Shown: positions 8,124-14,902, counted from the first letter of the stretch. The stretch is DNA of 32,000 nt from Candidatus Woesearchaeota archaeon (GCA_964578845.1 CAZOEF010000002.1:220696-252695); one strand, 5' to 3'. The notes: a model not told the origin generated them from the sequence alone. A program made the numbers and translations.

Positions 8124-8250
8124 TTGCGTGGGTTCCTGGGGACTTCGGTCCCCATTAATGATTATGGGCGTAAGAAAGGAGCACCTTGTCCTCAGGGCAT
8201 GTGTTGTTTGGTAACCTCCCCCGACCTTCGGGGGTGCTACCTTCCCTACA
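8124..8250 (-). ncRNA. GC-rich structured leader or ncRNA upstream of the transposase ATG
   Basis: A hand count gives 66 G+C in 120 nt (8131-8250), against visibly AT-rich flanks. The hairpins are GGGGAC-ttcg-GTCCCC (8138-8153) and CCCCCGA-cct-TCGGGGG (8218-8234). A 16-bp long-range helix pairs 8170-8185 with 8233-8249. Read on the minus strand it has 14 Watson-Crick pairs, 2 G-U pairs and one bulged U. On the plus strand the two G-U pairs become A-C mismatches. Confidence 0.4.
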
Positions 8251-8268
8251 AAAAAACTACGCAATTAG

Positions 8269-8372
8269 GGTTTAAATAGTTTACTATGGTGTATATTAAA
8301 CCAATCTAAACCATAATCTGGGTGAAAAAAGGTATTAGTACTGAATGGTTTAGGAAAGATTTATTAAAACCA
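8269..8372. promoter_or_regulatory. iteron-like (T)TAAACC(A) repeats in the transposase / ParB-like divergent region
   Basis: The copies are at 8269-8275 (rc), 8296-8303, 8306-8313 (10 bp from the previous copy), 8346-8352 (rc) and 8364-8372 (one extra A). Confidence 0.35.
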
Positions 8373-8388
8373 ATTACTAAAATGTTCT

Positions 8389-9393
8389 ATGGTAAAGAAG
8401 GAAGAACTCAAAATAAATTTTGAGACGACTGCTGCCGACGTTAAATTAGACGATTTAAAATTAGATTTAAATAATGTGCGGTTTCAACATTTCTCCAAGC
8501 AGATTTCTGATAAAGAAATGGATAAATTAATTTGGGATGAGCCAGGTACAAAAGAATTGTATGAGCAGATAAAATCAGCAAAGGGTCTATACGAAGAACC
8601 GATAATTGACTCTAATAATGTGGTTCTTGAAGGCAACAGAAGAGTGGTGTGTCTAAGAAAGCTTCGCCAGAAAGTCATTGATGGAGAGCTTCAGGGTTTT
8701 GAAAAAGATGCATTCAAAATAATCAAATGTAGGATGATTCCAGGACATATCTCTGATATGGATAAAAGTCTTCTTTTAGCAACCATCCATGTAAAAGGAA
8801 AGAAACAGTGGCCTGCTTTTAACAAAGCGAAACAAATACATGATTTATATAGAACATACAATATCAGCTACGATAACCTAGCAAAATATCTTGGTATGGG
8901 AAAGATTACTGTTATTAGAATGGTTAAGGCATACGAACAAACTTACAAATATGGTCAAAAATATCCTGATGATAAAGCATGGTATAGAAAATATACTTAC
9001 TTTGATGAGCTTTTCAAAAAGAGAGACTTACAAAACTTTGTTAAAATTCAAGCAAACATTGACAAGTTTGCTAAGTGGGTGAGAGATGGAAAGTTTGATG
9101 ATGTACGAGACATTCGTGCGTTAGCTCAAATAATGGAAGATGAAGATGCGATGCAACGCTTTGAGACTCATGGTTTTAAGGAAGCATTTGAATTATTACA
9201 AGAAAAAAATCCTGTTTTGAGGAGTAGAGAATTTAAACAAATTCAGAAAACAATAGAAACTATTAGTTCCTTTCCAAGAAAAGAGTTAATAAAAACTCTA
9301 ACGGACCCAAGGAGAAAAAAGATAATTCGTAAATTAAAGGAGGAGATTGACTCTTTGGTTAGAGATATAGATGCTTTAGAAAAAGAGGAGTAA
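8389..9393 (+). CDS. ParB/Srx-fold N-domain plus HTH protein (ParB-like, no ParA partner)
   Basis: LDLNNVRF...LYEQIKSAKGLYEEPIID...VVLEGNRRVVCLRKL gives the ParB N-domain with a GxxRR box (8632-8643). It is followed by an HTH-like stretch, ISYDNLAKYLGMGKITVIRMVKAY, and a helical C-terminus. Confidence 0.7.
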   Translation: MVKKEELKINFETTAADVKLDDLKLDLNNVRFQHFSKQISDKEMDKLIWDEPGTKELYEQIKSAKGLYEEPIIDSNNVVLEGNRRVVCLRKLRQKVIDGELQGFEKDAFKIIKCRMIPGHISDMDKSLLLATIHVKGKKQWPAFNKAKQIHDLYRTYNISYDNLAKYLGMGKITVIRMVKAYEQTYKYGQKYPDDKAWYRKYTYFDELFKKRDLQNFVKIQANIDKFAKWVRDGKFDDVRDIRALAQIMEDEDAMQRFETHGFKEAFELLQEKNPVLRSREFKQIQKTIETISSFPRKELIKTLTDPRRKKIIRKLKEEIDSLVRDIDALEKEE

Positions 9394-9407
9394 ATCTAAA
9401 ATGCAAA

Positions 9408-10253
9408 ATGAAAATCCCAACAATAAAAAGTCCGCTTCGTTACCCTGGAGGAAAATCTAAGGCTCTGAAAAAGATACTTCCAATTATCTTGGATTTTGAT
9501 GAGTTCAGAGAACCGATGGTCGGAGGCGGCTCTGTTTTTTTTGCATTGAAGCAAAAATATCCTAATAAGAAATATTGGATAAACGATATAAACAAAGATT
9601 TAATTTTGTTTTATCAATATTACCAGAAAGAACCAACTAAACTAATAAATGAAATCAAAACAATAAAAAAGAAACGCCCTAATGGAAAAGTTCTGTACTC
9701 AAACCTTATAAAAAATTCTGATAATCTTGAGGAGTTTCAAAGAGCAACAAGATTTTTTATTCTTAATAGAGTAACTTTTTCTGGATTAACTGAAGCAGGA
9801 GGATATTCCGAAGAGGCTTTCGTGAAGAGATTTACAGACTCTTCAATACAAAGACTGTCTGAAGCTTCTGATTTACTAAAGGGTATCAAGATAACTAACA
9901 AAGATTATTCCGATGCCCTAAAAGAAAGTGGAGGTAATGTTTTCATATTCCTTGACCCACCATACATGTCAAATTCAAAATCTAAACTATATGGAAAAAG
10001 GGGGTGTTTCCATGAAGGTTTTGACCACAAGAATTTTGCAGAAGATATGAAAAGATGCAAACATAAGTGGTTAATAACATACGATGATACTCCAGAAGTT
10101 AGGAAATTATTTTCTTTTGCAAATATTTACAAATGGAAATTGCAGTATTCTATGAAAAATCATAATGGTAATGGAAACCCAAAAGGTAAAGAATTATTTA
10201 TCTGTAATTTTAAGGTTCCACTAGAGGTAAGAAAACTTTTTGTTCAAATATGA
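9408..10253 (+). CDS. N6-adenine DNA methyltransferase, Dam/D12 class
   Basis: LRYPGGKSK near the N-terminus, the SAM-binding motif EPMVGGGSVFF, and the catalytic FLDPPY motif. Confidence 0.85.
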   Translation: MKIPTIKSPLRYPGGKSKALKKILPIILDFDEFREPMVGGGSVFFALKQKYPNKKYWINDINKDLILFYQYYQKEPTKLINEIKTIKKKRPNGKVLYSNLIKNSDNLEEFQRATRFFILNRVTFSGLTEAGGYSEEAFVKRFTDSSIQRLSEASDLLKGIKITNKDYSDALKESGGNVFIFLDPPYMSNSKSKLYGKRGCFHEGFDHKNFAEDMKRCKHKWLITYDDTPEVRKLFSFANIYKWKLQYSMKNHNGNGNPKGKELFICNFKVPLEVRKLFVQI

Positions 10254-10254
10254 T

Positions 10255-10286
10255 TTTGTGCAAATGGATATAGGAGATTGCACAAA
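10255..10286. promoter_or_regulatory. palindrome TTTGTGCAA-n14-TTGCACAAA between the two MTase genes
   Basis: The 9-bp perfect arms are at 10255-10263 and 10278-10286, starting 2 nt after the Dam-class stop codon. The core TTGTGCAA is the same as in the transposon TIRs. Confidence 0.5.
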
Positions 10287-10338
10287 TTAAATAGTAATTG
10301 CTAGAAAATAATAAATACCTTTACTACAAGAATAGATT

Positions 10339-11298
10339 ATGGACACAAGAAAAGAGATGAAAGTTGTTGATTTGTTCTGCGGTGCAGGAGGGCTGTCTTT
10401 GGGTTTAGCTCAGGCTGGTTTTAAGATAGTAGCAGCCTATGATAATTGGAAAAAAGCAATAGAAACGTACAAGAGAAATTTTAATCACAGCAATATTAAA
10501 GTTTTAGATTTAACCCAATTAAAGGATAAAAACCATCCTGAAATACTTGAAATTAAAAAAATTAATCCAGAAATAGTTGTTGGGGGACCACCTTGTCAGG
10601 ATTTTAGTTCTGCTGGAAAAAGAAATGGCGATGGGGAAAGAGGCAACCTAACCCCTCTCTTTGCAGAAATTGTAGTAGCTATCTCTCCAGAATGGGCTGT
10701 GATGGAAAATGTAAATACTATTAAATCAACTGGTGAGGAACAACTAAAGAAAGCTAAAAAGACCCTCCATGAAGCAGGATATGGTATTTCAACCATGGTC
10801 TTAAATGCTGCAGATTTTGGAGCTCCTCAAAATCGCAAGAGATTCTTTCTTATAGCTAGAAAGGGTGGAAAAGATGGCGAGATGGAAGAGTACATAAAGA
10901 GACAAAAAAAACAAAAGATAAGTGTAAAAGATTATTTCTCATCACTCGGAGATAACCTTGGAGGTTTTCAACACTATTACCGTCATCCAAGAAGTTACGG
11001 TAGGAGAGCTATCTTTAGTATAGATGAACTCAGCCCTACAATAAGAGGAGTAAGTCGTCCAATGCCTAAAAATTATAAGTTTCATAAAGGAGATACCATA
11101 AAAAATAGAAATAAAATAATGGTAATGAATTCTGAACAAAGAGCTACAGTCCAAACTTTCCCAAAGGACTTTGAATGGATTGGAGTAAAGTCAGAAGTTG
11201 AACTTCAAATAGGTAATTCCGTCCCTCCTGTTTTGGCTTCAGCTATAGCCAAAGCGATTAAAGATTACGAAAAGAGCAACATATCAAATTATATCTAA
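10339..11298 (+). CDS. DNA (cytosine-5) methyltransferase
   Basis: All the canonical motifs are present in order: I DLFCGAGG, IV GGPPCQDFS, VI ENV, VIII QNRKRFF, X GNSVPP. Confidence 0.9.
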   Translation: MDTRKEMKVVDLFCGAGGLSLGLAQAGFKIVAAYDNWKKAIETYKRNFNHSNIKVLDLTQLKDKNHPEILEIKKINPEIVVGGPPCQDFSSAGKRNGDGERGNLTPLFAEIVVAISPEWAVMENVNTIKSTGEEQLKKAKKTLHEAGYGISTMVLNAADFGAPQNRKRFFLIARKGGKDGEMEEYIKRQKKQKISVKDYFSSLGDNLGGFQHYYRHPRSYGRRAIFSIDELSPTIRGVSRPMPKNYKFHKGDTIKNRNKIMVMNSEQRATVQTFPKDFEWIGVKSEVELQIGNSVPPVLASAIAKAIKDYEKSNISNYI

Positions 11299-12245
11299 CT
11301 TTCATCTAACTCCATGTTAGCAAGAGTAAAAATTATACTGGCATCTAGCCTTCTTTCAGGGCTTAATTGCTTTATAGAGTCTGGCAAGACTATTTTTTGT
11401 AGCTCAGAAAAATTCAGCCTAGGAGCACTGTATATTTTTCCCAACTCTGGTTTGTGCTCAAAAGGATAAAGAGTAATTTTTAGGTGGTCTCTACTGCCTT
11501 CTGAATCTCCTAAATAAGTTATCTTGTCAGAATTCTTAAATTCTTTAATCCAACTGAGAATTTGGTCTACAACTCTGCCGATTCTAGTTTTTATCATTGT
11601 TCCACGAGAAGTTTTCTCATGGGTTGAATTCAAAAGAATTTTAAGATACGCCAAATCTGTGATAGCAACAACATCAAGAGAGTTTTTTTGGTCAATCCTA
11701 GAATCATGGTTAACAGTTTTCCAAATACCATGTAGAATAAATAAGTCTTGATTTTTCTCTTGTTTTGTTAAAATGCTCTTTAGTTCAGATATTGAAGGAT
11801 TTTTACTTAGGTATCTCCCAAATTTGTAGCAAAGTCTTTCAGCAAAATTGAATTGTGTATTTTGTCTGACAATCATTTCAGTAACTTTACTCTCCGCGTG
11901 TGTCGGAACCACTGTGAGCTTAATCTCAAATTCCAGTAAGAATTTATCTCCTAAGGAAGCCCCCATATCAACACCTGGAGCCCTTCTACTTTTAGAATAA
12001 GAAGGATTTCTGCATTCACTTCCCCAAACAATTTCCTTCAATTTGTCTTTTTTAGTTCCAATTAGCTCACTAAAAAACCTTTCCTCTATCTTTAATTCGC
12101 CAGAACCTACCGAAAGCACTGGAAGTCTCAAATTCTTGTCCTCCAAGAATATTGACGCAGATACTGGAACGTAGGTTGTAAATATGTTTTTTGTTAGAAC
12201 CGTGCTAACATTTGTGTTTTTTACTCCGTATAACTCTTCCGCCAT
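11295..12245 (-). CDS. putative type II restriction endonuclease (PD-(D/E)XK candidate)
   Basis: It is convergent with the C5 MTase and the stop codons overlap by 4 bp. GVDMG(D93)...LLEFE(107)IK(109) fits D-x13-E-x-K. No family was recognised from memory, and the specificity is unknown. Confidence 0.5.
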   Translation of the reverse strand: MAEELYGVKNTNVSTVLTKNIFTTYVPVSASIFLEDKNLRLPVLSVGSGELKIEERFFSELIGTKKDKLKEIVWGSECRNPSYSKSRRAPGVDMGASLGDKFLLEFEIKLTVVPTHAESKVTEMIVRQNTQFNFAERLCYKFGRYLSKNPSISELKSILTKQEKNQDLFILHGIWKTVNHDSRIDQKNSLDVVAITDLAYLKILLNSTHEKTSRGTMIKTRIGRVVDQILSWIKEFKNSDKITYLGDSEGSRDHLKITLYPFEHKPELGKIYSAPRLNFSELQKIVLPDSIKQLSPERRLDASIIFTLANMELDES

Positions 12246-12293
12246 AAAAAAAGATGTAATTTAAGATATTTAGACTTTTTGTGCAAGAACTAC

Positions 12294-12308
12294 TTATTGT
12301 GCAAAGCC
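12294..12308. repeat. right terminal inverted repeat
   Basis: TTATTGTGCAAAGCC is the exact reverse complement of 6990..7004. A second TTGTGCAA lies 14 bp inboard at 12283-12290. Confidence 0.85.
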
Positions 12309-12317
12309 CCAGTTTGG
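12309..12317. repeat. target-site duplication, right copy (CCAGTTTGG)
   Basis: It directly abuts the right TIR and is identical to 6981..6989. Confidence 0.8.
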
Positions 12318-12323
12318 AAAAGA

Positions 12324-12331
12324 TTTTTAAA
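12324..12331 (+). promoter_or_regulatory. TATA box of the HEAT-repeat gene
   Basis: TTTTTAAA lies 23 nt upstream of the ATG at 12354, which is leaderless-type spacing. It is outside the transposon. Confidence 0.45.
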
Positions 12332-12353
12332 CACTCAAGAAAAAATCTGTCTA

Positions 12354-12803
12354 ATGGGACACACACTATCTAAGCACTTGCCTGAAATATCAGACGAAAG
12401 ACTCAAGGAGCTACTAGAATATAACTGGAGGAATGTCAACCATAATGTTGAGCAGTTCTATAATGAATCAACCTGGCCAATGCTTGCTGATATAATTCTT
12501 TATCACCCTAACCAGATTGTAAGGCACGAAGCGTCCTATAACGCAGGAGATCTGAATTTGGTTGAATTTATCCCTATCCTGATCAAGGCTGTAAAATATG
12601 ATCCATCTATCGTAGCAAAGCACGAAGCTGCTGAAGCCCTGGGTTTTATGACAGGAGAAAAAGCCAAAGAGGGTTTAGAACTCCTTAAAAAAATAGTAAA
12701 TAAAGAGCCTGGCTTTGATGAATTAGTCTACCACGATGACGTCATAAAGACCGCAGAAGCTTCTGTTCAATTGCTTGAGAAAAATCTAAATATAATCAAT
12801 TAA
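12354..12803 (+). CDS. HEAT (PBS-lyase type) repeat protein
   Basis: It has repeated ...VRHEASYNAGDL... and ...VAKHEAAEALGFM... units. The ORF-track start at 12279 is TTG and reads across the transposon TIR, so I trimmed to the ATG at 12354. Confidence 0.6.
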   Translation: MGHTLSKHLPEISDERLKELLEYNWRNVNHNVEQFYNESTWPMLADIILYHPNQIVRHEASYNAGDLNLVEFIPILIKAVKYDPSIVAKHEAAEALGFMTGEKAKEGLELLKKIVNKEPGFDELVYHDDVIKTAEASVQLLEKNLNIIN

Positions 12804-13176
12804 TAAAAACACATTCCAACTCTTTTATATCTTTAAAATCATTATCTTTAGTAACTAAAATTCCCCTTTCTTCATGAACATGAGATGCTATCAAAAGATC
12901 TGCTAAAGGAAGTTCATATTTTTGTTTAAGTTCAACTAGTATACTTGCAGTTTCCTTGGATGTCTGAATAACTCCAAATTTCTCAAGGAATTCCAAGGAT
13001 TTGCGCTTATTTTTTTCAGATTTATTCCTTAGCCCATATAAAAATTCAAAATAAGAAATAAAGCTTATTTTTGCAGGAGTAGGGTAGATGTCTTTAAGTT
13101 CAGATATCTTATTAATTACTGCCTTATTACCTCTGTCAAGTTCAATCAAGATAGATGTATCAAAAATCAGGTACAT
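12796..13176 (-). CDS. vapC: PIN-domain toxin VapC
   Basis: The acidic residues are placed as in PIN domains: MYLIFDTSILIELDRG, a mid-protein E, and VTKDNDF near the C-terminus. It overlaps the upstream antitoxin ORF by 17 nt. Confidence 0.8.
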   Translation of the reverse strand: MYLIFDTSILIELDRGNKAVINKISELKDIYPTPAKISFISYFEFLYGLRNKSEKNKRKSLEFLEKFGVIQTSKETASILVELKQKYELPLADLLIASHVHEERGILVTKDNDFKDIKELECVFIN

Positions 13177-13414
13177 TCCTAAATCCCCTTTCTTTTCTTA
13201 ATTCCTTTACGCTTTTATGCATATCCTCTGCATCTTTATCAGAGATCCTCCTCTCACCACTTAAGATTTCATCCCAAAATTCTTCAGTTTTCTTTTCATA
13301 CTCCTCAACCATATTCTCAAATAAATCGCCCATGCTGACCCGTTTTCTAGCAGCTAATTCCTTGAATCTCAGCCATTTATCTCTATCAATGCCTCTGATT
13401 GTTCTTATACTCAT
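13160..13414 (-). CDS. vapB: ribbon-helix-helix antitoxin (VapB-like)
   Basis: 84 aa. MSIRTIRGIDRDKWLRFKELAARKRVSMGDLFENMV has a beta-strand/helix/helix pattern. It sits upstream of vapC and overlaps it. Confidence 0.6.
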   Translation of the reverse strand: MSIRTIRGIDRDKWLRFKELAARKRVSMGDLFENMVEEYEKKTEEFWDEILSGERRISDKDAEDMHKSVKELRKERGFRNVPDF

Positions 13415-13415
13415 A

Positions 13416-13438
13416 ATGTATTACATTAATACATGTAT
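13416..13438. promoter_or_regulatory. overlapping palindromes upstream of vapB (candidate operator)
   Basis: ATGTATTA-cat-TAATACAT spans 13416-13434 and the self-complementary ATACATGTAT spans 13429-13438. Both lie directly upstream of the vapB ATG (13412-13414). Confidence 0.4.
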
Positions 13439-13468
13439 TTAAATATTACTATCAGAAATGGGACACTT

Positions 13469-14176
13469 TCAAATCCATCCCCTCTTCTTAACCCCAAGAT
13501 CATAAATCTGAAATGGGAATCTTTTCTCGGGCATGCTTCTATGTTTTTTAAGTAAAGCCGTCCGTCGACCGTTCTCATTCACTAATTCAATCAAGCATTT
13601 GCTCCAATACTTCAGTATATCTCCCCCTACCATCCTGCTCTCAGATTCCCAGTTATAGACCTGGTTCGTTACAATCACTGGAATATTTTGCTTCCTGGAA
13701 ATCTCAGCCAATAATCTCATTTGATGCGTCAATTCAGAATTCACTTTCTGCATTTCCCCTGATTCTCCGTTTCTGGCATCTGCAAAATCTAATCTGTAAA
13801 GCATAGTCATCCCGTCAACTATTATCAAAGAAACATGATTCTTAAGATGTTTCTGTAGCTCCCTAAATGCTTCTATCTGTTCCTTGAAATTTGTAGGCTT
13901 CAACACAAGAATATTCTCAAGAGTCGCCTCCAAGACTCCTTTATCAGAATTCCCCAAAAGCTGCTTGACTCGTTCAGAAGAGAATCCTCCTTCTGTATCA
14001 ATAAAAATAACTTTCTTCCCTTTTTTAGCCTGTGAAACAGCAGCCAATAAACAGAAGTTGGTTTTTCCTGATCCTGCTCCTCCGTAAAGAGTTGTAATAA
14101 TATCTAAGTCATACCCTCCGTGAAGCCATTTATTTAAGTCATAGCTTCCTGCAGAAATCTTATCAGATCTACTCAT
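13469..14176 (-). CDS. radB: RadB-type recombinase paralogue
   Basis: 235 aa. It has LHGGYDLDIITTLYGGAGSGKTNF (Walker A), VIFIDTEGGFSSERV, and Walker B in LIIVDG. The size and motifs fit archaeal RadB rather than RadA. Confidence 0.75.
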   Translation of the reverse strand: MSRSDKISAGSYDLNKWLHGGYDLDIITTLYGGAGSGKTNFCLLAAVSQAKKGKKVIFIDTEGGFSSERVKQLLGNSDKGVLEATLENILVLKPTNFKEQIEAFRELQKHLKNHVSLIIVDGMTMLYRLDFADARNGESGEMQKVNSELTHQMRLLAEISRKQNIPVIVTNQVYNWESESRMVGGDILKYWSKCLIELVNENGRRTALLKKHRSMPEKRFPFQIYDLGVKKRGWI

Positions 14177-14210
14177 CTAAAGACCACAAAAAATGTCTTT
14201 ATAAAAATGA

Positions 14211-14405
14211 TTATCGTTTTTTAGACTGTCCCATTCTTCCGACAGCACATGCATCGCAAGTCTTCCCGGTAAGCTCTCCAACTAATAACAAAGCCAGTAT
14301 CAAAGTTGAGAATAATCCTGCTATCTCTTTTCCAAATCCAAAATCATAGAATAGGAAAGCTAAAGCAAGTAAAATAAAAGCGACTCGATAGTTTTTCGTG
14401 AACAT
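14211..14405 (-). CDS. small membrane protein with CxxC and a basic tail
   Basis: 64 aa with two TM segments, then CDACAVGRMGQSKKR. A GAGG sequence lies 5 nt upstream of the ATG. It has the same architecture as the next gene. Confidence 0.45.
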   Translation of the reverse strand: MFTKNYRVAFILLALAFLFYDFGFGKEIAGLFSTLILALLLVGELTGKTCDACAVGRMGQSKKR

Positions 14406-14458
14406 TTTTCCTCTTTTTATAAATATATGAATAAAAACAAATTAATAAACTTAACTAA

Positions 14459-14902
14459 TTATCTTCTCCTTCTTGCTGGCTTTCTTGTGCTCCTCTTTGC
14501 TTGCTTCCTCACAGGCTTCCTTGCCATAGGTTTAGCACTCATAGGTTTTACAGGAGAGCTTGCTGGCTTGCTCATTGGACTAGTTGCTAAACTAGTAGCC
14601 ATAGGTTTTGCCATAGTACTCATAGCAGGCTTGCTGCTTATAGGAACTGAACTAGGGACACTTCCCATGCTTGAGCTGGCCATAGGTTTTGCCATAGTAC
14701 TCATAGCAGGCTTGCTAACAGGTACTCCGCAGCTCTTGCACCTAGAGCAATTCTTGCATAGCCAAGAATGTATTATTAAGATAGCGCTGATAACCACTAT
14801 TGCCCATTTGGAGATTTCTGCTCCAAGAAGATTAGGGAAAAGTGCCAGAAGAAGAATCACTAAACCAATTATAGTCTCAGTAATTCTGCAGTTATAACTC
14901 AT
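14459..14902 (-). CDS. membrane protein with a Cys cluster, KPM(A/S)-rich repeats and an Arg/Lys tail
   Basis: A strong SD, AAGGAGGTG (rc of 14907-14915), lies upstream of the ATG. It has N-terminal TM helices, CKNCSRCKSC, and SKPAMSTMAKPMA twice. It is preferred over the fully overlapping antisense ORF 14427..14897. Confidence 0.55.
   Translation of the reverse strand: MSYNCRITETIIGLVILLLALFPNLLGAEISKWAIVVISAILIIHSWLCKNCSRCKSCGVPVSKPAMSTMAKPMASSSMGSVPSSVPISSKPAMSTMAKPMATSLATSPMSKPASSPVKPMSAKPMARKPVRKQAKRSTRKPARRRR
14598..14716. repeat. two perfect 38-nt direct repeats with an 81-nt period, in frame within the CDS
   Basis: GCCATAGGTTTTGCCATAGTACTCATAGCAGGCTTGCT occurs at 14598-14635 and 14679-14716. 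Each copy encodes the SKPAMSTMAKPMA unit on the minus strand. Confidence 0.85.

Larger units (their letters stand above)
6990..12308. mobile_element. 5.3-kb unit transposon (IS4-type DDE transposase plus ParB-like, m6A MTase, m5C MTase and endonuclease cargo)
   Basis: The perfect 15-bp TIRs are GGCTTTGCACAATAA (6990-7004) and its reverse complement TTATTGTGCAAAGCC (12294-12308). They are flanked by a 9-bp direct repeat, CCAGTTTGG. Removing the element leaves a ~65-bp divergent lig/HEAT promoter region with both TATA boxes intact. Confidence 0.8.

Noticed and set aside
8124-8264. 47-residue N-terminal extension of the transposase ORF
   Set aside because: It starts at a TTG. The peptide (G/P/R-rich) is unlike the rest of the proteome here, and the DNA is a GC-rich stem-loop cluster. 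I treat it as a structured leader or ncRNA instead.
12279-12353. N-terminal extension of the HEAT-repeat ORF
   Set aside because: It has a TTG start and reads across the right transposon TIR and the TSD. A TATA box at 12324-12331 sits at leaderless spacing from the ATG at 12354.
14598-14716. Possible mini-CRISPR (38-nt perfect repeats)
   Set aside because: There are only two copies with an in-frame 81-nt period inside a coding repeat (the SKPAMSTMAKPMA units). There is no leader or cas context.
14427-14897. 156-aa hydrophobic plus-strand ORF
   Set aside because: It is the full mirror of the minus-strand gene. That gene has a strong AAGGAGGTG ribosome-binding site and a paralogue next door, whereas the plus ORF has no such signal.
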